Assembly: GCA_051362555.1 (NCBI GenBank)
Contig: CM120640.1
Location: forward strand, 26,894,225-26,958,224
From: Lingula anatina
Taxonomy: Eukaryota > Animalia > Brachiopoda
Direction of reading: 5' to 3'
Length of the DNA: 64,000 nucleotides
Part shown: one piece after another, positions 51,981 to 64,000 of the stretch
Layout of the letters: the number at the start of each line of letters is the position of its first letter
Position numbering within the stretch: the stretch's first letter is position 1
Notes under the pieces: model-generated
Told to the model about the DNA's origin: nothing
The model's database searches: none
What the model saw: the letters and a program-made list of their open reading frames with translations, nothing else
Program-made: the position numbers and the translations under genes

Positions 51981-54396
51981 TAGAAGAAAACACAATTTTG
52001 GGTGCTGCTTGAGCATAATTAAAATTTGATGTTGAATTTGCAGTTTAACATAATGTACTTTTGCATCAGAATTGACAGTAGCCTATTTTGTGCATAGTTA
52101 TTTCCTGTTTTTTGTCTGTACATTTGACAGCTTTGCTGCCTTGTTTCTATTTTAGCAACAAGTTCAAGCATACTGTCTAAATAAAAGACTGTTTCATTTT
52201 TTGAGGTAAGTTTATTTTTCAAATTGTCAGATTTTAGCAGTTACTTTTTGTCATAAGGTATACTGAAATGTGTATATGTGCACACACATGTATATACACG
52301 ATATAGAGAGTTTAGACATTTCATTAAAATGATAGAGGAGATGATAATGAAACCTCAAAGAAAAAATGCAGCAAGAACATCAGTGCACACTGAACAAAGT
52401 ATCATATTTTATATAATTACGTTGCAAGAGTGTTGCAAAGGTGATTAACATGCATGAACATGCAAGGTTTTTAGTCTCCATCGTAACTAAATTTTCAGTA
52501 GTGTAAGTCAATCAGTGTGCTTGCCCAGTTGCATGATTCAGTTGATTGAATATTGTTTGTAATTTTGTTTGCGTGACTTCTAATGGTATTGTCATTTTCA
52601 TCTAGCGTGCTACTTTCAAAACTTGGTTTACTGCAGTGATTACATTTTTATTGCAATCTTCCAGGTAAATGATATCATTAACAGGACCAGGGCATTGTTT
52701 GTTATACCAAGAATCACAGTCGAACAGGTAATTTTCTTTTACATCCTTTTTTGGTCATCATTTTATTTTCATTAACACGATACAAGTGAGTAGGTTTTCA
52801 GAAATTCCTCTACGTATTCAGTGGCATTGACTACCTTTCATTTCATTTCCTATGTTTTATCACGCAAAATCAAACCTCTCAGCTGTATTTTATGTTTACA
52901 TATATAAAGAAGATATAAAAGATGAACCAGCAGTCATTTGTGTGTCATTTGATGAGTTGTAGACTGTCAGTCATCTTTAACCCAAATCCTCTAACAGTGT
53001 ACATTATTTCCATATTCCTTGGATTAGAAGAAAACTTCATTTAACGGATGTTGTATGCTTACATACGATATCTGTTACTATTTTCATAGCAGTAACAACT
53101 TACATCTGTGTGCACGTGGTAACCTGACCGTGATCATGTGAAACCTTGCAAAACTCTTTTGCATTTACCATTAAGGTATTGATAAATGAAAGAATTATGT
53201 CATGAATAAATTCATGTCATGTTATGCCATCTACATGTATCATGTTTTTGTCTTAATTTCAGGTCTAGATACCCAACTGGCCAACTGTAAAGCAATTTTT
53301 CCAAACACCTCACTGTAATTCTCACAAAAATACAGATATATTTAGTGTTTTCACACACATATAGGTTTTTGGTCACACTTTCAAATTTTCATACAGAGCT
53401 CCCTTGTATTTGAGTTTCTGTGTGTCATTTTCACGATGCTGTCAATCATGTACATTCCTCATGTCATCTTACTTTCAGTCATTTTGCTAACACTCATTTC
53501 TACTCTCTGTAAAGCAATCCTCTATAATTGGATGGTTATTGCAATCATTACAATGACAGTTATAAAAACAGAAAAAAAATGCTGCATGCGGTATTTACCT
53601 CTGGTAAAATACAGCTAGACAAAAACCCACTGATGCTCGTCTGTAGCAGAGACTGAGAGCTGTATTTATGTGTGAAAATGGCAGTATATGTATAAAATCA
53701 CTATTTAAACAGCACATTTAATAAGTATCCTGAGTTTGTTTGGGGCTAGTTGACTTCATTGGTTGGGCAGAGGATCTTGATTAGGTCAATCATAGCAGCC
53801 TAGAAATATGTCATAAATCTATAAATGTCTGTTAATGTGCTGATCAGTACATAGTCCTGCAATTTATGGTTTGAGAGGGAATTAATGTGAAAAATAGGAA
53901 TGGAAATGTTTTGGAAAGTCTTTTCTAGGTAATTTTTGTTTCTGTTTCCTTCATTAAAAATATACGAGGAATAGTTTGGTGAATTTTCTTTTAGGACTTG
54001 ATCACAGGTTCAGCTTACCTTGCCTGAAAATATTCATATTGATATATCAGTTGCATCCAATTCTTTAAATCTCTTATTTGGTTTCAGCATCAACCAAGTA
54101 CAGTAAGGTATAATGTTGAATAATGCATAACATTGTATTTATGATAAATTCCCCCAAGATGCTATTGATCCAAGTTAAGCAATATAAAACCCACCATAGC
54201 ATCAATTGAATTTCAAGGTAGGCTTCTATGGTGGAAGTATTTTTAGATTTAGTAATTATAGCATTACATTTTTTCATTGCTTAGATGATACAAATAACTT
54301 AGCATTGAAATATTTCATCTCTTTAAAAAGATTATCAAAATTCAAATGACTTAAAACACAGGTATATATACTAATAATTCCCTCTGTCTGCTTTAA

Positions 54397-54610
54397 GGGC
54401 ACATTCCCATAGATTTTAGATTGCTCTATCCCCGTGGGGAGTCTCACTAGTTTACTGTCAGATAATCCGGCTTAAATGTCCGTCCCACCTACTACAAGCT
54501 GTAGGGAGGTAATTAACTTTCGTGCCCGCTCGGCTGACAGCTATTTAGCGTGAACCCCCATGGAGTTAGGTCGATCTAGTTGGATCGATCTAATCTCTGG
54601 GAATGGGGTC
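54397..54610. mobile_element. PIF/Harbinger-like MITE, 214 bp
   Basis: Imperfect terminal inverted repeats GGGCACATTCCCATAGATT / AATCTCTGGGAATGGGGTC with TAA on both flanks (54394-54396, 54611-54613). Confidence 0.7.
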
Positions 54611-56219
54611 TAAGAGTAAATTGTTAAGTTCGGAATATACTAAGTAACCAATGGTGCCCATGAAAACATAGAATTGGATTGTCTTGTTGCCATGGCTAAC
54701 AAACAGTTGATACTGTGATAAAAGTCAAAGTAGGGGGAGCAGACAAAACCCTGACAACAGTCGACGAAATGGTCAAACTTTCTCTCTAAAGATTTTAGAT
54801 CTGCTGTAAAACTTTCACACTGTCTTTGTGTTGTTGTCATATGCCTTTTCTATTTTTCTCGTGAGCAAGTCACAACGCAGAACTTATCTTGTTTTGTTTC
54901 TGATATGAAGCAATTTTTGATTGATATGGAGACAATAGGGAAATACAAAAATCAGTCTCAAGCCAGCAATAATATGAAAATCCCCTTGAGAACAAAAGAT
55001 GACTCCTTTGTAATCTTCTTAATATCTACACTTATTGTATCGTGCACATGGCATCAATTTCCCTACCTGCATCCTGTAGATGTATCCAAGAATTACAAAC
55101 ATAAGGTCAGCACAGTATTATCATAATGTAATCCTTTCTAGTGGTTTGGTAACCATGCATGGTACATAATATGTACAGGTTATCTGTCACAGCCATTGGT
55201 GAACTTTTTCTGACCAATTTTCCAGGAGGTAGTCTTCAGAATGAATCTGCATATACTCAGTTTGCAATCATTTATTTTCCATTCTTTGAATTGGTAAAGG
55301 TTGCAAACCACGTATGTTTGTATTTCAGCCCCATCTGTGAGTTGCTCTTATTAGCTAAAGTGCATTTTTTATGATACTCTGCTTGCCTCACAGTGTTGAC
55401 ACAATTAATTTTGAATGCATTCTTATCATATTTATTGGCATATCTCTTGGGAAATGAACACCCATTCAACACTGGCGCCAACAAGTAGAGGATGCGTGCT
55501 ATTTTAGTGTATGCATGTGGGTTGTAAAACAATTTCCAATATAAAATATGTTTATCTACAAGGAAATTTGCAGGAAATCAAACCAATCAAGGTATTGGTG
55601 TCTGGGGGGAAGAAAAAATTGAAAGGTCAGACAGAAAGGAAATATACATTTTACTTTTAGAATTGCTTTACATGGGAGTGAGATAAAATTCTCATTGAAT
55701 TATTGCAGATTTAGGTAATTATAAAGACAATCATAGCAACTTGTTTGTTTTTTTAATCTATATTTATTTTTTGTGTTCAAAGTATGAAGCTTTTATCTAT
55801 TACTTCACTTCATGGGTGTAGCAGTACCCAAAATTACTTACTTAAAAAATGCTAATAGAAAGCGAAATATAACTTTTCATGGTTGAGCCATTAAAATTTT
55901 GCAGCAATTGCATGTGTTGACTATCAAATTGACAAGATTTATGCCATATTGTTTCAGTGCACCAGATTAAATCATGCAATCCATGCAAACCATATCTTGA
56001 CAATGAGGGACTTAGATGAGTAGGCTTATTGCTTTTCTAGATCATGGTTCATAGGGGAAAACAGATCAATAGTGTCTTAGATAGCTTCTGGGGATCACAA
56101 GCAATGCACATGCCTGGCACGTAAAGCTGAACACTAATTTAATCTAAAGGGCCTCAGTTGTAGAGAAGAGAAAGATTATTAGAGTCATCCAGTAGCAATT
56201 TGGTCCTGTTTATTTTCTT

Positions 56220-56244
56220 TTGTTGTTGTTGTTGTTGTTGTTGT
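56220..56244. repeat. (TTG)n microsatellite
   Basis: Direct reading. Confidence 0.9.
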
Positions 56245-56764
56245 CAATGCCCACAACCTAATTTAGAACAAATTTTTGGATGGAGTGCTTTAATTCTAAC
56301 TGAATTCTGTTGAATATGAGAGATTGCACCCCCTCTATAGAAGCCATTATTCATCTATTCATTTGCTCATTGAGGATGCTGCTTACTTATTTGTTAGTAC
56401 TTTTTTTTAATCATTATTTGGTATCACAGTGGAAATCTATCTGTAGAATTAGATACCAAGTTGTATTAGTGCTCCATGAATTATTAACTATCCTCAAAAG
56501 CATATTGACAGGTGATCTCTAAATATTTCAAAACTTTTTCCTTACAGGAATTGAAAATCCACAAAAAGACAAATAAGATGGCAAAACTGGTTTGGCATTT
56601 TGTATGGAATCAGCTTCAAGGCCACAATGTTTTACCAAGAATGAAGAATGACGGTGACAAGCGAGAAACATGTTGATGCCTCATTTTGTACCATGGATTG
56701 TTTTGTACATAATCATGAATGCCCATGATCATTGTTGCAGAAAAGCACAAGCAACTCTGAAGAA

Positions 56765-59700
56765 ATGGAGTTAAGTTCTGCTGTAAAAGGCACTAGTCCT
56801 TTGCCAAATCATGGCATTAAACGGCCTGGTGCTAAATATAGTATTAATGATAGTCCAGAAGAAGCCACCTGTGGCAGTACAAGGCACTCATTGGATGTCA
56901 GAGTCAATGTGGCTGACAAGGAATTCTCGGATATTTCAGAGGCATCAGGGGAAGAAAATCCTGTGAACAGGCTACATAACACTCCTTATAAAAGAATTGT
57001 GCACACAGCGCAGCAAAGTATGCTGGCCTTCATGGCAGTGACTTTCATTTATATCTTGGCAGCAATCATCGTGTGCTGTCCTATACTTGGGATAACATGC
57101 TTCATGCTACCTGTGGGTATGGCAGTAAAGCACAGTTTAGATGCGTGTGGATTTTGCTGCTCAGCGAGAACGTGCAGATGTTACAAGGAGGAGCGCTTGT
57201 CTCATTCAGATGTTATGCTTTTGCATGAAACTCAAGAAAATAAGGCCATTTTTCAAACTATGCTGGTGTTGGAAGGTGGTTTACAAATAGGTAGACTGAG
57301 GGATATCATCAATTCCAGACTGATATGTGCACAAAATGAAAATGGCAGGTTGTACTACCCAAGGTTTAAACAGAAAGTAGTCTCTTTGTGTTGTGGATAT
57401 GTTTGGATGGACGATTTAGACTTCAATATATCAAACCATATACGCTTAATGCCTAGCACCATCAAAGACTGCAAAGACCTTCAGGAGTACATATCCCACA
57501 TGTCATCTATGCAACTTTCATTTGAACGTCCACTGTGGGAAATTCAGGTGCTGGAATCTTTTGGAGAAAAGAAACAAATGATTTTATTGCTGAGAACTCA
57601 TCCAAGTCTATCTGATGGGATATCATTAGTGAAGATATTCCACAGAGCTGTCTCAGATAGCCAGTCTACTCTAGAACTCAAGGCTCCTTTTGGAAGTATA
57701 TCTGTGATGTTCAACGTTTTAAGGTCTTTTGTGATTGGACCGCTGTGTTTCTTGACTTGTTTATTTGGCCGTAAAGATAAAAACAAACTTTTAAAGAGGA
57801 AACTATCAGGGAAAAAAATTGCCATCTGGACAGAACCGTTCAGTTTGTTTGCAGCCAATAAAATACAGCAAATAACAAGAACCAAGCTTGGTGATATATT
57901 TTTATCTGTGACTGCAGGGGGGATAAGGTTTTACCTCCAGTCTTTAGGTGACAACCTGCCAACAGATATCAAAGCCACCATTCCTGTAGATTTAAGAGAA
58001 AATGATAACTTTAACCTGGTTATGGGCAACATATATGCAAATGTACCCGTACAATTACCTGTGTCCACGGAGGGGGCCATACCGAGGCTGTGGGATCTTA
58101 GTCAAATGATGGAGCAAACCCGAGACTCTGCTTTGCCTGTGATCTTGTATGTGGTATGGTGGAATTTATGTTATATTTTACCACTGAAACTCAGCAACAT
58201 TCTGCAGGACATTATTATAGGAAAGACATCCTGTATTGTATCAAATCTGCCAGGGCCTAACCAGAAAATGAAAGTGGCTACTAAAGAGGTGAAGAGTATA
58301 GTATATTGGACTCCAACAAGGAGCAGTGTTGGACTCTCGGTTTCATTTTTCACCTATGGAAATGACATAAGAGTTGGTATCTTGGCTGATGAAGCAGTGG
58401 TGCCTGACCCTAAGTTACTTGCAAAGTACTTGTCACAACAGGTAAGGGGATAAGTAACCTTACTGTGTTTTAATTAGAAGAGGATCACCAATGTATGTAA
58501 CATGTTTTATACTGCATTTTAATGGTTTTACCCTTCTTATGTAGCATTGTTGATGAAATGACTACTTAAATACTGTTTAATGCAGCACCTGACATGTAAC
58601 TTTCAGGCATACAGGTGTGTTTGCTGTTGTGGTGGTGAAAATAGAATAACTTTGGATATTGAGTTGTAGTATATAACTTAAGTTTGCTTGGATAAATTTA
58701 AGAAAAGAGATCAGAAAAGGTGTCATTTGGTAAGAGTTTTATCTTTGTTTTATTTTTAGGCTGGAATTATGTTGTTGAATATTACATCAGCTGTTTTTTT
58801 TTCTTTATTTTCTATGCAGATAAACAGTCTGGAGAGCATGGTTGCTAACCGTCGTTTACCTGGAGAACACAGTAATCCTAGTTTTGTCTTAGGAGCTTCA
58901 ATAGTAAACCAGGCAAAGCAGCCAACAATGGAAGAGGTGAGTAATAGCATCCCCCTTTGACTGAGATTGGGAAAGTTTAACATCACACGTTATGTAGAAG
59001 AAAAAAGCTGGAACTGTTTTAGTCACAATTTGAAAAGTAGTTCTTGTACAGAGTTATTTTTGAAACAGTTTGTGCAAAATATGCTGATCACAGTATTTCA
59101 ATTAGATAAATGCACAAATAAAATATTTAATAAGAAAGAGGAGGGATATTATAACTCAACAAACTTTAATATTGCTTTGAAAGTTCTTCCTGGAGACAAT
59201 TTTTTTTTACTTCTGCCACAGCTCCAGTCACGTATCAGTGCTATCCAGTCTGAACTGACATCTCTAAAGGCCAAGTACGAGACAGCAGATGACAGTGAAT
59301 ACGCAGGTGATCGGGAGCAGCTTGCCCAGCAGGTGGAAGTCTTGAAGAAGGAATTTGATGAACTACTGTCTCAGACCAAGAAAAAACGGGAAAGCTCCAA
59401 CAGTACAAATGATGAAACAAATGTAATTCTTCTGTTATTTTGAAAGATTTTAATTAATTTAGTAAAATATACATTGGTTGTTTGGACATCTTTTTTTTTT
59501 TTTGCTCTGAAAATTTAAAATTGCATTTAAAGTGTATTGTTCAATTAGTAACAGTAACTATTTGCAGAAACTTTTAATCCAGATTGTACAAATTCAACAG
59601 ATCATATATTTGCAGTCTTCTCTTTGATCTTAATACCTTTTGTGTGCTTATTTCCTTGCTTCTACCTCTGTCTGTCTGTTCTCAGAAGGTCAAAAAAGGC

Positions 59701-60400
59701 ACCAAAGGTCACAGTGCAGCTGACATGGGGGCAGTTCCTCAGATATCTCTTCCTTCCTCTCAACGTCCTCTTTCCACATATTCTACTGATAGCTTGAACA
59801 GCAACCCCTCTGCTGACATTGAACAAAAGCAGTGTCTTGCCAATTTTATCTGTGTCAATTCTACAAGTCCTGTGCATTGCAGAGTAAGCTTACAAATATG
59901 ATTACTCTGCATTGAAGAATTAGTTTCCAGATTTGTTAAAATCTTTTAGCATATGTACATTATTTTTTTTCAAGAGAGTGATAGAAATGTATAGTCATTA
60001 AGTAAATAACAGTGCTACTTGAAAGTGACAATATGTGGGTTTTTTATCATTATCTTAAATCTTACCATCTCCTTGAGAGATATCCTGCACTAATTTTGTA
60101 AGGCACACTCCTTTGTTTTGACACCCAGAGATGTATTTTCACTTAAACTAAATCTGCAGGTGCTTGATTGAAATTTATCAAATGTTCCCCAACTGGGTTA
60201 ATTTAAATCTAATGTTTTTTTTTTTTTTTTTTCTCAAGCCCGGGTCCACCTCCATGGCAGATGTGGAGATGAGTATTGAATTTCATGATCACCAGCATAT
60301 GCCCTTGGAACAGATGGAGATGGAGGATGATTTTTCACCAAAAGTGGAAAGAAAAGGTCCTAACAAGTATTCTGCTGAGTTGAAAGTCTCTACTTTGTGA
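56765..60400 (+). CDS. Wax ester synthase/diacylglycerol O-acyltransferase (WS/DGAT, WSD1-like) with N-terminal TM segment and C-terminal coiled-coil tail
   Basis: Exons 56765-58441, 58820-58936, 59222-59422, 59686-59883, 60239-60400 (all phase 0). Motifs YPRFKQKV, WMDDLDFNISNHI, LSFERPLWEI, RTHPSLSDG (HHxxxDG variant), IPVDLR, MGN, VSNLPGP, GLSVSFFTYGNDIRVGILAD match the WS/DGAT catalytic and C-terminal domains. Candidate 5' UTR exons at about 52665-52727 and from the acceptor at 56548. Confidence 0.85.
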
Positions 60401-60745
60401 AAATAATAGGAGGTAGCTCCCCAGAACCACATGGGACAGTTTGTTTTAAAAATCTATGGTTCTTTTTCACACTTACATCTTTTAGGTTTGAAGTGCTATT
60501 GTATGTGTTGGTAAAAGGGTCCATCTGTCCAATGGGTCTTGAACCATGATATATTATATGTAATGAATACATGCATTGTACTACCTCAGCTAAACCGTTA
60601 CCAGGAATGAGTTGATTATGTTAAAATATATTTGTGAGAAATTGCACAAATGGATTGAATTGTGTACTTAAATGACTTGATTACACCTTTATCTGATAAA
60701 GTGTATTTAAGTTCCTATGGCCTAACAGCATTCCTAGAAGATGAC

Positions 60746-63700
60746 ATGGTGCCATTTGTAATGGGCAGCATGACAGAATCTCATTGCAGGTTAGTTGTGC
60801 AATGCTCATGACAGTGATTCTGATAGTGATAATAATCTTTCTTTCTTCTTATTTTTTATTTATTTATTTTTTTTTTGGGGGGGGAAGCTATCCATAAAAA
60901 TCTCAAAGAACTTTACTAAATGGTTAAGTACATTCATACTAAGTCTTGTATTTGAAAAGACAGTGAGATGAAAACCATTCAGTCAAAATGAAAAAAATAT
61001 GAATTTCTTTTTAATGATAGTGATAATTTAATGAACAATCATCCATGTAAGTAGTCTTATACATTTCACATACTTGATAAGTCTATAACTGGACTAATAA
61101 GCCCATAATTATAAAATTATGGAAACCTTGCACTTAATCCCATGCACAACATTTGATTTTTTTCTCCTTGGATGCATTGTCTTTCACATTCATCATTTTA
61201 TTCTTCAGAAATTAGTGCGTAGCAGGCTACATTATAAACCTCACCCCAAGTTTATGCACATAAAATTTTGTTCTGTAAGATGCCCCAGGCACAGTGGCAT
61301 CTTTACGGACATTGACTCAGTGAGTCCAGTAATAGATAAAATAATGCAAAATGTATATACCTACTAGTATGATAGTGATGTTTCTAACAGGTCCATTGCA
61401 AATGGATGTTGGTTTGCTCTTATTGTTAGCTAGCAAATACTTTTTTATTTAGATTATGAATATTCTGTTTTTTGAGGTGATATTTCCCTATTATTGATTT
61501 TGAATTAGAAAATAAAATTAAGAATTTGCAATTTTCAGAAAAGTAAGAGAGGCAGCAAGCAGAGTGGTGGTAACTTTAACATCGACAAAGAAAATCGCTC
61601 TCCTTAGATCAACATTTCTGCAACTGAATAAATATTTCCGCAGTGACAATGAAGAGCTTGCAGAGCTAGATGACAATGTTACTGCTCCCCAGGCCAAGCC
61701 CACCACCCCTGAACCTGTTAAACAGAAGACAGAAACTACAGCCAAGGTGAACCAGACAATTCAGCAAATGGCCAAGTGTACTCTATATTTACTTTGCAAA
61801 GAAGGTAATAATGATAATAATAAGTGGAATATAAAAAGTATTTAATTTTTTTAATAATGCAGTATATTTTGATGCTGAATAAAGCAAAAACTTAATAAAG
61901 CTTTATGTTTACATAATTCAAATTCTAAAATGATTATGAAATGTAGGCCTTTTGTTCTGCATATTTCAGCTCGAATAGAAATGGATCCTCACAAAGAAGT
62001 GCAAGCAGTTCTTCTAAAGCCTTGCATAGACACAGATCCCACTCTGGTAGGGCTGGTGCAGAATCATGTCAACATCATAGCTAACTTGGCCACGTTTCCA
62101 CTAAACAGACCAAAGACTACCACATCTGAAGAACCCACTGTGGTAGATGTGGGAGATTTTAAGTATGTTTCCAACATAAACCAATTTTTGCCTGCATCTT
62201 TATATAGAATATATAAATAAAACTTTACAAAATTTTACAAAGAATTAGTTATAAATATGATGAAAGTCAATTATGTATGTATCAGCTGCCTTATGTGTAC
62301 CTGTACACAAAGAAATGAGTAATTATGTAACTGTGATATCTTTGAATTTAGAACAACCATAGTGCCTGCAATGAAAGATAAAATATTCTGTTAAACATTT
62401 CAGGAAAAAGCAAAGGAAAGTTAACCACAGTGTAGTGAAAGTATTGATAGCATCTGGAGCGTTGTGTCTCATAGACTTACTTTATGCCTATACATCCAAG
62501 CTCTTAGAGCCAAAAGTTCTTAATCATAGCAGCCCTCCAAAGAGTAATGGGCAGTCTCCCAATGGACAGAGCAGGGTGAGAGTCAAAGGTACACCTCCAG
62601 GCAAGAACAGTGTCCAAGGAATCAAAAAGACATCATCTCTTCTCTTTAATCCAAGGTGCAGTTTTAAAGAAATATTTGAAGAGAGTGAACAAGGACTAAT
62701 TATATCCCTTATTTGTGCAATTAAACATTTTGCAGAATGTTCATCCACAACATGTTTTAACAGCATAGAAGAGGAGATAAAGCTTAAGATGCTCAACCAT
62801 AAATTAAAAGCCACTTGTAAAGCTAAAGGATTTCTGAACAATGCACAAGCTGGAGGTGAGGACCCAGGGTATCCAACCCAAGCATGGGGTCCAGTGACTT
62901 CCAACAGGCCTTCCAGTAGAGGTCCTACAGCCAGGCCTCTGACACCACAACAAACCGCAGATGTTTTTGGCAGAGTGAAAGAAAAAACAAAAGATTCTCT
63001 GAGAAAAATGCAGAGACCCAACACTGCCAATAAAGTTTGGGATCCTAAGAACCCTTTTCTCTCCTGCACTCTACATAGGGACCCCTTATTTACACTGGAG
63101 CAGGAGTACAATGAGAGGATAAAGAGAGAAATGGACTCCATGAGATTGAACACTAGAAAAATGTTATTTCAGAGGGGATGTTTGGAAGCTGTGGGACCAT
63201 GGTTAATTGCAAATGAAGTTGAAATTTTGGTAGGTTAAAGTAGTGTTACGCAATCTTAAAGTTTAATTTATCTGGCACAAATTTGCTATAATGAAAACAA
63301 TAGCATACCATATGCACAAACACTATACTATTCTATGTGTTACCGTATGCATGATGGAAATTTATCAGTTACATTCACATATCCAGGTTATGATAATTTC
63401 CATTTGGCAGTTTTAAAAGGGAAATAAAGGGGATATATTATTTTACAGTTATATTCAAAACATCTGTATTTTATAATCTTTCAAGGAACCAGTTGGAGAC
63501 ATCTTAAGGTACATGATACAGTCATTAGAAGAGAAGCATCTGCCTCACCCACCAACAGATAAGAGAACTGACAGAATGTCCAGAACTAGGTAAAAACATA
63601 TTAAGACTGGGCAAGCTTTCCTCTCAAATATGCCCTTAACTTGTTTGTCTGCACTTCAGTGTTTTAGTTATTCGGACTTGATGTGACAACAAGTTTTTTT

Positions 63701-64000
63701 TCCTTTTTAAGACACATAAAGAAGTGCTTTTCAGCTTCCTCAAAATGTAGTGAGAAATGTATTGGAACCAGGTTGAAAATTAATCTTTTCACTGTTTATA
63801 AACAAGATTTTATTTTAATTGTCTAGACCTGTGTCAGCTACAACACCCAAGGATCAAGAAGTGGTTCTGAACAAAGCTCTAAAACAGATGTCATCTAAGG
63901 TTGCTGAAATGGTTAGAGAAGCACTAGGTCCAAGAGCTGCATTTTCTCCATTGTTAAAACTCACTGAACCATCAGCAAAACTACGGCCATCAAGTGCAAA
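60746..64000 (+). CDS. Uncharacterised multi-exon protein (helical segments alternating with Pro/Ser/Thr-rich linkers); start uncertain, runs off the window
   Basis: In-phase exons ~60746-60789, 61539-61804, 61970-62162, 62404-63229, 63486-63589, 63827->64000 with canonical splice sites and no stops; no family recognised. Confidence 0.75.

Noticed and set aside
62524-63153. 209-aa minus-strand ORF
   Set aside because: Antisense shadow of the plus-strand exon 62404-63229, which has in-phase splice partners.

Overview
AT-rich eukaryotic (metazoan) genomic DNA with spliceosomal introns; the egg-coat ZP gene and the repeat types suggest a mollusc (inference). I traced seven multi-exon protein genes by hand through phase-compatible GT-AG junctions: (1) the 3' part of a FAM111-like trypsin-type serine protease preceded by a RING-like Cys/His finger (+, <1-1617); (2) HPS4 (-, 3707-10548); (3) phosphorylase kinase gamma, PHKG (+, 16111-25873), head-to-head with HPS4; (4) a VERL/VEZP-like ZP-domain membrane protein (-, 29770-33530) inside a CpG-rich ~9 kb block; (5) a GAS2-family protein (-, 38816-43430); (6) a WS/DGAT-type O-acyltransferase with a spliced coiled-coil tail (+, 56765-60400); (7) an uncharacterised gene starting ~350 bp after that stop (+, ~60746 to >64000). 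Several MITEs, a tandemly duplicated Helentron-like element and microsatellites lie in introns. Most notable: two paralogous, probably mutually exclusive exons for kinase subdomain XI in PHKG; the RING-like finger plus FAM111 protease architecture; an HPS4 upstream ORF (MATHVR*) that copies the true N-terminus (MATHVS); and the apparently promoter-less junction between genes 6 and 7. All homology calls come from motif recognition, not database searches. No rRNA, tRNA or CRISPR array was recognised.
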